DNA of 64,000 bases, taken from an uncultured Verrucomicrobiota bacterium (lineage in GTDB: Bacteria; Verrucomicrobiota; Kiritimatiellia; JAAZAB01). The position numbers and the translations under genes were made by a program. The notes under the pieces are model-generated. The model had not been told where the DNA came from and made no database searches. It was given only the letters and a program-made list of their open reading frames with translations. Below are positions 1 through 9,271 of this stretch, in pieces. Position 1 is the first letter of the stretch. Every line of letters starts with the position of its first letter. Location of the stretch: positions 1,881 through 65,880 of the forward strand of contig CAZTWL010000024.1 in NCBI GenBank assembly GCA_964617825.1, written 5' to 3'.

Positions 1-75
1 GAGGCCACGCGCCGTGCGGCAAAATATTTGCAGACTTTGATCGACACCGTCAAACGCACATCAGGAGACTAAAAC

Positions 76-1125
76 ATGGCAACACAAATCAAAGGGCCGG
101 CAATCTTTCTGACGCAGTTTCTCGGAGACAAAGCGCCATTCGACACTCTGGAAAACATAACCGCCTGGGCCAAATCGCTGGGCTATACCGGGGCGCAGAT
201 TCCCTCGTGGGACAAACGCTGCATCGACCTGGAAAAAGCGGCGGCATCGCAGGCCTATTGCGACGACCTCAAGGGCCGCTGTAATGGCCTCGAAATTACC
301 GAGTTGGCGACCCACTTGCAGGGTCAACTGGTAGCCACGCATCCGGCTTACGATTTGATGTTCGATGCTTTCACGATCCCCGAGATGCACGGCAACCCGG
401 TCGCGCGGCAGGCCTGGGCAGTCAAGCAGATGAAACTGGTGGTGCGCGCCTCGGCTAATCTGGGACTTTCCGCCATCCCAGGGTTCAGCGGATCACTGAT
501 GTGGCCATTTTTATATCCCTGGCCCCAACGTCCGGGCGGGTTGGTGGCCGAAGGTTTCAAGGAGCTTGCCCGCCGCTGGCAACCGGTGCTCAGCGAGGCG
601 GAAAAGTACGGCGTGGCACTCGCTTTCGAACTTCACCCCGGGGAAGACCTGCATGACGGCGTGACCTTCGAGCGTTTTCTGGAAGCCTGCGACAACAGCC
701 CGGCCATTGCCATCAATTACGATCCGTCGCATTTCGTCCTCCAATGCATGGATTATATCGGATTCATCTCCGCTTATGCTCAATATATCAAGGCGTTCCA
801 TGTTAAGGACGCCGAGTTCCGGCCTTCCTGCAAAAGCGGCGTCTACGGCGGGTACCAGGACTGGAAACACCGCCCGGGCCGCTTCCGCAGCCTGGGCGAC
901 GGCACAGTCGATTTCAAACAGGTTTTCGCCAAGCTGACCGAGATCGGCTATCAATCCTGGGCCGTGCTGGAATGGGAATGCTGCATCAAAGATGCCGCGC
1001 AGGGCGCGGAGGAAGGCGCCGCTTTCATCAAGAACCAGCTGATCACCGTTCCGACCCAGGCCTTCGATAATTTTGCCGGCGACAAGTCGGACGTCAAATT
1101 GAACAAAAAAATACTCGGAATATAA
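76..1125 (+). CDS. sugar phosphate isomerase/epimerase (xylose-isomerase-like TIM barrel)
   Basis: 349-aa ORF with ATG preceded by AGGAGA. Motifs AFELHPGEDLHDG, INYDPSHFVLQ, AFHVKDAEF and WAVLEWECC are typical of the xylose-isomerase-like TIM-barrel fold. It forms the common pair with the downstream Gfo/Idh/MocA gene. Confidence 0.8.
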   Translation: MATQIKGPAIFLTQFLGDKAPFDTLENITAWAKSLGYTGAQIPSWDKRCIDLEKAAASQAYCDDLKGRCNGLEITELATHLQGQLVATHPAYDLMFDAFTIPEMHGNPVARQAWAVKQMKLVVRASANLGLSAIPGFSGSLMWPFLYPWPQRPGGLVAEGFKELARRWQPVLSEAEKYGVALAFELHPGEDLHDGVTFERFLEACDNSPAIAINYDPSHFVLQCMDYIGFISAYAQYIKAFHVKDAEFRPSCKSGVYGGYQDWKHRPGRFRSLGDGTVDFKQVFAKLTEIGYQSWAVLEWECCIKDAAQGAEEGAAFIKNQLITVPTQAFDNFAGDKSDVKLNKKILGI

Positions 1126-1152
1126 ACACCGCATCCACTATGGAGGAGACCT

Positions 1153-2322
1153 ATGGCCATGCCAGCACAACAACGCAAAATCAAGATGGGAATGATCGGC
1201 GGCGGCCGCGGGGCCTTCATCGGGACGGCTCACAAAATCGCCGCTCAGATGGACGGTAAAACCGAACTGGTCTGCGGCGCTTTGAGCAGCGATCCTGAAC
1301 GAGCCAAAGCCAGCGGCCGCGACTGGTTCCTGGCCCCCGAACGGACATACGGAAGCTACCCGGAAATGCTCGCTAGCGAGTCGAAATTGCCGGTCGGCGA
1401 AAGGATGGATTTCGTGACGATCGTCACTCCCAACCACGTACACCATGCCGCCGCCATGGCCGCGCTGGACGCCGGCTTCCATGTCGTCTGCGACAAGCCC
1501 ATGACCATGAATCTGGCCGAGGCCCGCGACCTGGAAGGCAAAGTCAAGAGTGCCGGCCGGCTGTTTTGCCTGACCCATACGTATACCGGCTATCCGATGG
1601 TCAAAGCGGCGCGCGAAATTGTGCGCAGCGGCAAGCTCGGCCAAATCAGGCGGATTATGGTTGAATATCCCCAAGGGTGGATGGCGAGCAACATCGAGCA
1701 ATCCGGCCAGAAACAGGCCGGCTGGCGGACCGATCCCAAGCAGGCCGGGGCCAGTTGCTGCATGGGCGATATCGGCTCGCATTGCGAGAATCTGGCCGAA
1801 TATGTTACCGGCCAGAAAATCACGGAACTTTGCGCCGAGTTGACAACGTTCGTCAAGGGCCGGCTGCTGGAGGATGACGGCAGCGTCCTGCTGCGGTTCG
1901 ACAACGGCGCCCGGGGAGTTCTCTGGGCCAGCCAGATCGCCATCGGACGGGAAAACGATCTGAGCATCAGAGTGTTTGGGGAGAAAGGATCGATCGAGTG
2001 GCATCAATTGGAGCCGAACTCGTTGATTGTCGACTGGCTCGACAAGCCGCGCGAAATTCTGCGCACTTCAACGGGTTTCGTCGGCAAATACGCGGCAGGC
2101 AATACGCGCCTTCCGGCCGGTCATCCGGAGGGCTTTTTAGAGGCTTTTGCCAATATTTACAATAACTTTGCCATGGCGCTGGAGCAGGTGCTGGAAGGGA
2201 AGAAGATCCGGGAGCCGGATTTCGATTATCCGAACGTGCATGACGGCGTCCGCGGCATGGCATTTCTCGAAGCGGTGGTCAAGAGCGCAAAAGCAAAGAG
2301 CACGTGGGTCGGCATCAAGTGA
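1153..2322 (+). CDS. Gfo/Idh/MocA family NAD(P)-dependent oxidoreductase
   Basis: 389-aa ORF with a GGAGGAG SD. N-terminal Rossmann GMIGGGRGAFIG and VTIVTPNHVHHAAAMAALDAGFHVVCDKPM match the family signature. Confidence 0.9.
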   Translation: MAMPAQQRKIKMGMIGGGRGAFIGTAHKIAAQMDGKTELVCGALSSDPERAKASGRDWFLAPERTYGSYPEMLASESKLPVGERMDFVTIVTPNHVHHAAAMAALDAGFHVVCDKPMTMNLAEARDLEGKVKSAGRLFCLTHTYTGYPMVKAAREIVRSGKLGQIRRIMVEYPQGWMASNIEQSGQKQAGWRTDPKQAGASCCMGDIGSHCENLAEYVTGQKITELCAELTTFVKGRLLEDDGSVLLRFDNGARGVLWASQIAIGRENDLSIRVFGEKGSIEWHQLEPNSLIVDWLDKPREILRTSTGFVGKYAAGNTRLPAGHPEGFLEAFANIYNNFAMALEQVLEGKKIREPDFDYPNVHDGVRGMAFLEAVVKSAKAKSTWVGIK

Positions 2323-2459
2323 CCGTCGTGAGGGAACAAATCGGCTCACGGATCTGCGCCGACAAGCAACGATGGACTCTGGCGTTTTTATTCTTGGCAT
2401 AAATTAGCGCTTGGTTATCTCTAGCCCCATAGTCGTTAAACAAAGAGAGGAAACACTGT

Positions 2460-3491
2460 ATGGCCGGTAAATTCAAGTTTTCGTTCGGCCCCTGGAACAT
2501 TCATGAAGGCGCCGATCCGTTCGGTCCGACCGTGCGCAAGCCGGTCAAGTTCGACAAGAAACTGGGAATGTATAAGAAACTCGGTTTCGACGCCGTCCAG
2601 TTTCACGATGACGATGCCGTGCCCAACATGAACAAGCTCAATCCCGCCCAAATCATCCGGGAAGCGGGCAAAGTGCGCGCCAAGCTTGAAGCGCACGGGC
2701 TGGTAGCCGAGTTTGTGGCCCCGCGTCTCTGGGAGGACCCTCGCACGATTGACGGCGGCTATACCTCCAACGATCCGGCCTGCCGCAAATATGCCATTGA
2801 GCGCAGCAAGCGCTGCATCGATATCGCCAACGCATTGGGAACCAAACTGATCGTGCTCTGGCTGGCCCGCGAAGGCACTTATATCCGCGAGGCCAAGGAT
2901 AGCCGGGAAGCCGTCAAGCGGATTGTCGCGGCCGTGGATGCCATGCTGCAATATGACGCGCAAATCAGGATTGCCATCGAGCCCAAGCCCAACGAGCCGG
3001 TGGATCAAACTTACATCCCCACCACCGGGCATGCGATTGCCCTGGCCTTCCAATCGTGCGACCCCGCCCGGGTGGGCGTCAACATCGAAAGCGCCCACGC
3101 CATCCTGGCAGGCTTGGATCCGTCGGACGAGATGGGTTTCGCGCTGTCGTTCGACAAGTTGTGGACCGTCCACCTCAACGACCAAAACGGTTTGAAATTC
3201 GACCAGGACAAGGCCTTCGGCGCGGTCGATCTGCGCCGGGCATTCAACCAGGTCCGGATTCTCGACAAACACGACTACGGCCTCAAGGGCGAATTTGTCG
3301 GCCTGGATGTCAAGGCCATGCGCACCCAGAAAGACAATGCGGCCACCCGTCATCTGGCCAACAGCCGCCGGATTTTTTTGCGCCTGCTGGAGATTTCCCG
3401 CGGCCTCAAGGAAGAAAAGTTGCAGGAAATGATCCGCCGGCGCGATTACGAGGCCCTGGAAATGCACATTGTGGAAAACCTGCTAGGCTGA
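2460..3491 (+). CDS. xylose isomerase-family TIM-barrel protein (short, divergent)
   Basis: 343-aa ORF alignable by eye to class I xylose isomerase (XI). Shared blocks: FSFGPWN..GADPFG; VQFHDDDAVP (XI VTFHDDDL); WLAREG (XI WGGREG); IAIEPKPNEP; HLNDQNGLKFDQDKAFG (XI DLNGQNGIKYDQDLRFG). It diverges at NIESAHAILAG (XI NPEVGHEQMAG). Confidence 0.8.
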   Translation: MAGKFKFSFGPWNIHEGADPFGPTVRKPVKFDKKLGMYKKLGFDAVQFHDDDAVPNMNKLNPAQIIREAGKVRAKLEAHGLVAEFVAPRLWEDPRTIDGGYTSNDPACRKYAIERSKRCIDIANALGTKLIVLWLAREGTYIREAKDSREAVKRIVAAVDAMLQYDAQIRIAIEPKPNEPVDQTYIPTTGHAIALAFQSCDPARVGVNIESAHAILAGLDPSDEMGFALSFDKLWTVHLNDQNGLKFDQDKAFGAVDLRRAFNQVRILDKHDYGLKGEFVGLDVKAMRTQKDNAATRHLANSRRIFLRLLEISRGLKEEKLQEMIRRRDYEALEMHIVENLLG

Positions 3492-3647
3492 GCGTGAAAA
3501 TAATTCCGCAGAACGGCCAACTTCAAGGCGATTTCCCGAGTGGATAACGCACAACCATGCCGGACCGGCCATCGACCGGCGCCGGAAGCAGTCGACCTGC
3601 GGGCGGATTCTGCCATCAAATTGATCAACAACATGAAAGGATAAAGG

Positions 3648-4382
3648 ATGAAGGCAATCAGAATCGGAATTCAACTGTACACCGTCCGCGAACCCCTGAA
3701 ACAGGATTTTGCAGGCACGCTGCAAAAGCTGGCGGATATGGGAATTTCCGGAGTGGAGCTAACTTCTTTTTACGGCGGTTTGGAACCGGCGGCCCTGGCC
3801 AGGCTGCTGAAAAAACTGCAGCTGGAAGTGTGCGGCATTTACGAAGGCCTTGAAAATCTCTGCAATCCGGAGGGCAAAGTGTATGCCTATGCCCGGGCGG
3901 TGGGTTGCAAGTATCTTACCAGCGGCCTGGGGTTGCAGGCCTTCAAGGACGACTTCGGCGGTTGCGTCGTCAAATTGAAGCAAGCCTGCAAGGTTGCCGG
4001 TTCGCAAGGCCTGACCGTCTGCTATCATGCGCATGCCCACGAGTTCGAGAAAATATCCGGAGAATACATCCTGGATAAAATTTTGGACGCGGCGCCGGAA
4101 ATGGCTTTCGAAGCCGATACCGCCTGGATCAAGTGCGGCGGCGCCGACCCGGCCGCTTATATTCAAAAGCACATCGACCGGATTCCGCTGGTGCATTTCA
4201 AGGACGTCAAGGCCGACAAAACCATCACTGAGCTCGGAAATGGCATTGTGGATTTCCCGGCAGTCTTGCGGGTAATCCAAGGTTCGAAAGTCGAATGGAT
4301 AAGCTACGAGCAGGACCACACGACCCTGACCCCGCTGGAAAGCGTCAAAATAAGCATGAATTATCTAAATCAATTAATTTGA
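3648..4382 (+). CDS. sugar phosphate isomerase/epimerase (xylose-isomerase-like TIM barrel)
   Basis: 244-aa ORF with SD GAAAGGA. Motifs IGIQLYTVRE, YHAHAHEF, PLVHFKD and WISYEQD belong to the same TIM-barrel family. Confidence 0.8.
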   Translation: MKAIRIGIQLYTVREPLKQDFAGTLQKLADMGISGVELTSFYGGLEPAALARLLKKLQLEVCGIYEGLENLCNPEGKVYAYARAVGCKYLTSGLGLQAFKDDFGGCVVKLKQACKVAGSQGLTVCYHAHAHEFEKISGEYILDKILDAAPEMAFEADTAWIKCGGADPAAYIQKHIDRIPLVHFKDVKADKTITELGNGIVDFPAVLRVIQGSKVEWISYEQDHTTLTPLESVKISMNYLNQLI

Positions 4383-4522
4383 GGCAGACGCACATCGGGG
4401 CAACATATGGCCGGACATTCGATGCATTATGGATTTGAGTATCACCCGACGGTTACTACACTCAACAGCCATGGACATTTTTCGGCATTAATTTCACACA
4501 TCAGGATATAACCTTAATCGCG

Positions 4523-4915
4523 GTGGTATCGGCGCAGTCCACGGTCTTGGCCTACTTGCACAACCCGAAGTGGAAGGCTTTTTTATTGGCAATTCCCCTG
4601 CCCTCCACGTTTGCCATTTTGTCCGTTGCGCAACCCATCGACATCACCAATGTCGCCGGCCTGGTATTGATGTTTCTTTATATGCACGGCGTTCGCCTTT
4701 TGAATTGGCGCCTCAAAGTTCCTATTGTGGCGGCAATCGTGCTGGCCGCCGCGGCCTATTGTTTGCTGGGCGTGTTTCTGGCACGAATTCTGCCGAAAAC
4801 GGAGATGGCCTTCTGGATGATGAGCGGTTTTGTTCTGGTCATGGCATTATTGTCCGTCTGGCTTCTGCCGCCGCGCAACGAGCCGGGCATCGCAGCCAGT
4901 TGCCGGTGGGACTGA
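4523..4915 (+). CDS. integral membrane protein (about 4 TM), unknown family
   Basis: 130-aa ORF with four hydrophobic segments (FLLAIPLPSTFAILSV, VAGLVLMFLYMHGV, IVAAIVLAAAAYCLLGVFLA, FWMMSGFVLVMALLSVWLL). It ends at a TGA that overlaps the next membrane ORF. Confidence 0.5.
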   Translation: MVSAQSTVLAYLHNPKWKAFLLAIPLPSTFAILSVAQPIDITNVAGLVLMFLYMHGVRLLNWRLKVPIVAAIVLAAAAYCLLGVFLARILPKTEMAFWMMSGFVLVMALLSVWLLPPRNEPGIAASCRWD

Positions 4916-5235
4916 AGCTTTTCTTCATTATAGCCATAATAACCGGACTGATTGTCATCAAAAAACAATTGACCGGGTTCATGACCGTGTTCCCGATGGT
5001 AGGCCTGATTGCCTGTTACGAGTGTCGCCATAGCCTTTGGACCATCTGCCGGCAGACTTCCATAATCATGATCGCCGTAGCGTCGATGTTGATGACCATG
5101 CGCTTGACCCAACCCTTGATGGGGTATGCCTGGTCCCTGGCGCCGGGCTGGCTGGTTATTTTAGCGATTTTATACGCCACTAACCGGCTGGAAACATTAA
5201 ATCCAAAGACACAACCGCTGGCAACGGCAAGCTGA
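4906..5235 (+). CDS. integral membrane protein (about 4 TM), possible second half of a frameshifted gene
   Basis: The protein-like hydrophobic part of the frame-1 ORF begins at GTG 4906 (or TTG 4900): VGLKLFFIIAIITGLIVI..FPMVGLIACY..IIMIAVASMLMTM..GWLVILAILYA. It overlaps the upstream stop by 10 nt. The frame-1 translation upstream of 4900 is Arg/Gly-rich and not protein-like. Confidence 0.4.
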   Translation: MGLKLFFIIAIITGLIVIKKQLTGFMTVFPMVGLIACYECRHSLWTICRQTSIIMIAVASMLMTMRLTQPLMGYAWSLAPGWLVILAILYATNRLETLNPKTQPLATAS

Positions 5236-5333
5236 CGGCAAACGCAAGGAAGCTGCCTGCCGCTCAGGCATTTATAATCACGCGCTTAATCCTGCGCTGC
5301 CACGCGCAATGAAGTCCGGCCAGCGCCGGAGAA

Positions 5334-5364
5334 TTGCCGATAATTTTCTTTTGACACGTATAAT
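5334..5364 (+). promoter_or_regulatory. putative sigma70-type promoter of the regulator gene (TTGCCG-19 nt-TATAAT) containing the 10-bp palindrome TATAATTATA
   Basis: An AT-rich island in otherwise GC-rich DNA. TATAAT at 5359-5364 and TTGCCG at 5334-5339. The perfect palindrome TATAATTATA at 5359-5368 lies about 35 nt upstream of the ATG at 5402. Confidence 0.3.
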
Positions 5365-5401
5365 TATATCCATTAGCCTGCTTTAAAGGATATTGGCGAC
5401 A

Positions 5402-6517
5402 ATGAATCTCGACTTGATCATCGAATCGCCCGACACCGTGCACGCGCAGATCGAACGGTTTCTGCGCAACCAGATGCTTACCGGAAAGCTCCAGCCGGGC
5501 GAGCTCCTGCCTTCCACGGCCGCCTTGGCCAAACACTGGCGCGTCCATAAGACCACAATCCAAACCGCTATGGCCCCCTTGGTCAGGGAGGGACTGATCT
5601 ATCGCAAGCCGCGGCGCGGCACGTTTGTGAGAGCCGGCAACCGGCAGGGAGTGATCGGGGTCTTGATGCGATCGAAACTGACGGATGAGACGGCCTATTT
5701 TCAACGCGCAATGCTGAGGAGCATTCAGTCGGAAATCCACCTCAGGCAAGATGCTCCGTGGTCATGCCGTTATTACGATGGCCTGGCCGATTCGCCCCGC
5801 AAAACGGATAATCGGCAAAGTCCGGCCTGCCGCCAATTTATCAGCGATTTCAAAAACAATCCGTTCAAGGGTTTTATCCAGATAACCAGCGGAATAGCAA
5901 ATCTTAAAAAACTTATTCCCGACCTGAATCTCCCCGTAGTGCGCCTGGGCTTATGCCTAACATCGCCTGAAGCGGACGTGGTTTTGGATTACGGCTGTTT
6001 TGCCGAGGAAGCCATAACGTTGGTGGCCCGGCAGGGCGCCAGAAATATCGTTTATCTGTGCGTAAACTCCGGCACGTCGGATATTGACGGATTGGACAGG
6101 GGAATTAAAGCCGCCGGCCTGCCGCAGCCTTTTATTTTCAATTTCCCGAAAAAATCGGACGGAAGCACGGTTGAGCAGGATGCTTACACGGAAACATTGC
6201 GGATGCTAAGGCAGTGGCGGAAAGCCAATCGATGGCCGGACGCCATGATTATTTCCGATGACATCGCGACCCGTGGGGCGGCGCTCGCCCTGGTTGGCAA
6301 CGCTTGCCCTGAATCCGCCAAGATTCAGGTTGTTACGTTGGCACATGAAGGGGTCCGCCATCTCTATGGGATCCCCGTGGTCCAGTACGTGTTTTCGCCG
6401 GCAACCATTGCGCAGGAATTATTACATATCCTGAATAGGCGCATGGCGGGGGAAGCGTTGCCCCCCTTGCCCGTCATCATCAAGGGACGCCTGGATTTCT
6501 CCATGAACAAGCAATAA
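5402..6517 (+). CDS. transcriptional regulator, GntR-type winged HTH fused to a LacI/PBP1-like sugar-binding domain
   Basis: The HTH block LPSTAALAKHWRVHKTTIQTAMAPLVREGLIYRKPRRGTFV is GntR-like. The remaining ~280 aa resembles a periplasmic-binding-protein-type effector domain (IISDDIATRGAALAL). ATG 5402 is preferred over TTG 5393 because of AAAGGA at 5385-5390. Confidence 0.85.
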   Translation: MNLDLIIESPDTVHAQIERFLRNQMLTGKLQPGELLPSTAALAKHWRVHKTTIQTAMAPLVREGLIYRKPRRGTFVRAGNRQGVIGVLMRSKLTDETAYFQRAMLRSIQSEIHLRQDAPWSCRYYDGLADSPRKTDNRQSPACRQFISDFKNNPFKGFIQITSGIANLKKLIPDLNLPVVRLGLCLTSPEADVVLDYGCFAEEAITLVARQGARNIVYLCVNSGTSDIDGLDRGIKAAGLPQPFIFNFPKKSDGSTVEQDAYTETLRMLRQWRKANRWPDAMIISDDIATRGAALALVGNACPESAKIQVVTLAHEGVRHLYGIPVVQYVFSPATIAQELLHILNRRMAGEALPPLPVIIKGRLDFSMNKQ

Positions 6518-6595
6518 AGATTGAACGAATGCAAACAGACAAGCGCACCCGGCAAAAACGATAAAGCGCGCATAACAAAAAAGGGAGAAGCTGCG

Positions 6596-9271
6596 ATGAA
6601 TGCCGTTAAAGTACTGTTTGTCGCCCTGCTATTCATACCGATTATTTCCGGCGCCGATAATCTGGTCTTCAAGACCACGTTCGCACCCGATGCCGACCCG
6701 CGCAAGGTCATCGATGAAAGCCCTTTTGCCCACCATGGCAAACTAACCGGCAAAGCCGCTTTTACCGGCGCAACCGGCGACCGCCGTGTCATGATCGACG
6801 GCAGCGACGGCAGCCTGATGATCATCCCCCCGGCCGAACACCTGAATCCACGCGATGAATTTACGGTGTCGTTATGGTTTTGCGCCAAAGACCTGCCGAC
6901 CGCCAAAAAAGGCTTGGAAAACACCGGTAATGAGTATTCGCTTTTTAACCGCGGTTGGCAATGGCGGCTTCATTTCAGAGGCAGCGGCAATAAAAATGTC
7001 GAAACCGGCACAATGCACCTCTTTTTTTACTCAACGACCAAGGATGTTTATTCCCAAACCGATATCGCTGTCCCGCTTCTTCCGGGACGCTGGCATCACG
7101 CGGCCTTTGCCCTTTCCGGTTCCAAAAGCAACTGCACGGTGTTCATCAACGGCTGCCCCGTCACCAGTTTCAAGCTCAATCCCTTGCCGGATTGCGGCGG
7201 CACGCCTATAACGCTCGGCTCCGATCCCGGGAATTGTTTTGTTTTCAACGGCGAAATCGCCGGCGTGAAAATGTTTGCCAAGGCCCTGAATGAGAATGAA
7301 ATCAACGCCAACGAACAGGATTTCCTGAAGCGCAGAATCCAGTCGCTCGAGCGCGACGCTCCGGTCGGCAATCTGCGGCAAAGCATTACCAACACATTGG
7401 CAAAAAAGGTCATCCCGATTGACGATTACTGCCGCCTTCAACACATGGCCGCAAGGGCAAGCAATGACAGGCAATTGGCCGAATCCGGCCAAGCAACCAA
7501 CGCCAACTTCGTCGCCTACGTGGTCAAGCCGTTCCGCAACAACCCGATCCTGCCGGACTCGATTATCCCCCGGGAAAACTGCGGCACCGAGTTGAAAATC
7601 TTCGTGACGCCCGGCGAATACGAGCCGGCCAGCTTCGTGCTCAGGCCGCGCAAGGATATTCTCAATTTCATTCCGGTGCCGGGCGCCCTGACGAACGCCG
7701 CCGGAAAAGTTATCCCGGCCACGGCCATCGACATTAAAATCGTCAAGGTCTGGTACGAATGCGTAGGCCGCTTCAAGACCGAAGACGATCTGGTCTATAC
7801 CAAGGGCGTCGCCGCCGCGCGCAAGCTCACCCCGGAAATACTGATCAACGACGATTCCCTGGTCAAGGTTGATTTTGACCAGCAGGAACAATACCTGCGC
7901 CTGAGCTATAAATTTGGCTGGGGGCCTGGTAAAAAATACGTCTGGATCAGCGAAGTTGACGACAGCCTCCAGTTCCGCTACCCGATCCCGGCCGATCAAT
8001 ATCCGATTCTGGACAGCCCAAAACTGCTGCCGCTTAATTTAAAAAAGGATTTTAACCAGCAGTATTTTGTCACCATTCGCCCGCCTTCCAACGCCGTCCC
8101 CGGCCTCTATCGCGGCAAAATAGCGCTGATGTCCGGCGAGGAACAGGCGGGCGCGTTCGATCTGACCGTCCGCGTATTGCCGTTCAAGCTTCCGACCCCG
8201 AAAACCAATTATGACTTGGAGCGGGAATTCACCTCGGCGATCGATTATTGGACCATCCCGGTTGAATCCGGTCCCGGCTCGATTTCTTCGAACGGTCGCA
8301 ATAAGCAGCAATACATTGCGGAACTTAAAGATTTGCTTGCGCACAATGTCAGCAATCCGTACCAGCTGGCCTTCTTTGGCTACAGCAAGACAAAACCTGA
8401 ATTGACGACCAACGAGTACGAACACGTCAAAAACATATTGAAATGGCGGCGCGAGGCCGGATTGCCCACCCGCCCGGTCTATATGGGCCCCGGGAACAAC
8501 CTCGACTTTTTCAGCAAAGCCAATTTTAAAACTTTCCGGGTCACCCCGGAAATTCTCCGCCAGTTGAAGGATCTGGTCAAAAAGAATCTGGACCTTGTTG
8601 AAGAGGTTTACGGTCATCGCGATGTCTATTTTTATGCAATTGACGAAGCAGTCGGCGATATGCTTGCGGCGGAATTGCCGCTCTGGAAAGCGATTCAGGA
8701 AGCCGGCGGCAAGGTTATAGTATGCGGACAACACAAATCGGTCGGGACTGTGGCCGGGGCGCTCGATATCCTGACCTGCGCCTGGAAGCCTTTAACGAAC
8801 AGCGCCGCGGCCATGCATGCCGGGGGCGGCAAAATCTGGATGTATGCCTATCCGCAGGGCGGCCGCGTCAACCCCATGCCTTACCGCATAAACTTCGGTT
8901 TTCTGGTTTACAAAGCCAATTACGACGGGAACTGCGATTATGCCTATTACACGAGCAGCGCCGATCCCTGGAACGACTTCGACAACGGACGCGAGCCCGA
9001 CCTGGGATTTGTCTATCCGACAGCCAACGGGGTGGTGGACACGATCGCTTGGGAAGGATACCGGGAGGCAATCGACGATATCCGCTATGCCACCGCCTTT
9101 CGGGAACGTCTGGCCGCCGTCCGCGCCAAAGGCAGTGCCGAACAGAAAGCGCTGGCGGACGAAGCCGAAAAATGGTTTGACGCCGACGACCCGTCCGTGT
9201 CCGATTTCGATCCTGATTCGACCCGCGAGCGGATTGTTGCCTGGATGCTGAAATTGGGAGACGCGCAATGA
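6596..9271 (+). CDS. secreted LamG-domain protein fused to a DUF4091/GH123-like putative glycoside hydrolase (cassette copy 1 enzyme)
   Basis: ATG 6596 follows AAGGGAGA. Signal peptide MNAVKVLFVALLFIPIISGA. The N-terminal concanavalin/LamG-like block runs from FTVSLWFCAKDL through WHHAAFALSG to FNGEIAGVKMFAKAL. The C-terminal ~600 aa is colinear with ORF 10452-12275 and includes a YFYAIDEA block. Confidence 0.85.
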   Translation: MNAVKVLFVALLFIPIISGADNLVFKTTFAPDADPRKVIDESPFAHHGKLTGKAAFTGATGDRRVMIDGSDGSLMIIPPAEHLNPRDEFTVSLWFCAKDLPTAKKGLENTGNEYSLFNRGWQWRLHFRGSGNKNVETGTMHLFFYSTTKDVYSQTDIAVPLLPGRWHHAAFALSGSKSNCTVFINGCPVTSFKLNPLPDCGGTPITLGSDPGNCFVFNGEIAGVKMFAKALNENEINANEQDFLKRRIQSLERDAPVGNLRQSITNTLAKKVIPIDDYCRLQHMAARASNDRQLAESGQATNANFVAYVVKPFRNNPILPDSIIPRENCGTELKIFVTPGEYEPASFVLRPRKDILNFIPVPGALTNAAGKVIPATAIDIKIVKVWYECVGRFKTEDDLVYTKGVAAARKLTPEILINDDSLVKVDFDQQEQYLRLSYKFGWGPGKKYVWISEVDDSLQFRYPIPADQYPILDSPKLLPLNLKKDFNQQYFVTIRPPSNAVPGLYRGKIALMSGEEQAGAFDLTVRVLPFKLPTPKTNYDLEREFTSAIDYWTIPVESGPGSISSNGRNKQQYIAELKDLLAHNVSNPYQLAFFGYSKTKPELTTNEYEHVKNILKWRREAGLPTRPVYMGPGNNLDFFSKANFKTFRVTPEILRQLKDLVKKNLDLVEEVYGHRDVYFYAIDEAVGDMLAAELPLWKAIQEAGGKVIVCGQHKSVGTVAGALDILTCAWKPLTNSAAAMHAGGGKIWMYAYPQGGRVNPMPYRINFGFLVYKANYDGNCDYAYYTSSADPWNDFDNGREPDLGFVYPTANGVVDTIAWEGYREAIDDIRYATAFRERLAAVRAKGSAEQKALADEAEKWFDADDPSVSDFDPDSTRERIVAWMLKLGDAQ

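Noticed and set aside
2436-3467. 343-aa minus-strand ORF exactly mirroring the xylose-isomerase-like gene. Similar long antisense ORFs occur at 511-1134, 1138-2007, 7031-7999 and 13778-14590.
   Set aside because: They lie wholly antisense to ORFs with clear family motifs. Their composition is Arg/Gly/Ala/Pro-rich and low in complexity. This is the typical stop-codon-poor shadow frame of high-GC DNA.
5351-5364. Consensus TTGACA immediately followed by TATAAT
   Set aside because: Only 2 nt separate the two hexamers, so they cannot be the -35 and -10 of one promoter. TATAAT was instead paired with TTGCCG 19 nt upstream, at low confidence.
6521-6595. N-terminal extensions of tracked ORFs. These are TTG 6521, and the upstream parts of the ORFs ending at 30242, 34874, 37784, 43036, 53365, 53988, 60846 and 61972.
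   Set aside because: The internal ATG or GTG starts have good SD sequences. They remove overlaps with neighbouring genes and give canonical N-termini (signal peptide, MKVPLSWLKEF, MTQWW, MNAIRLEH and so on).
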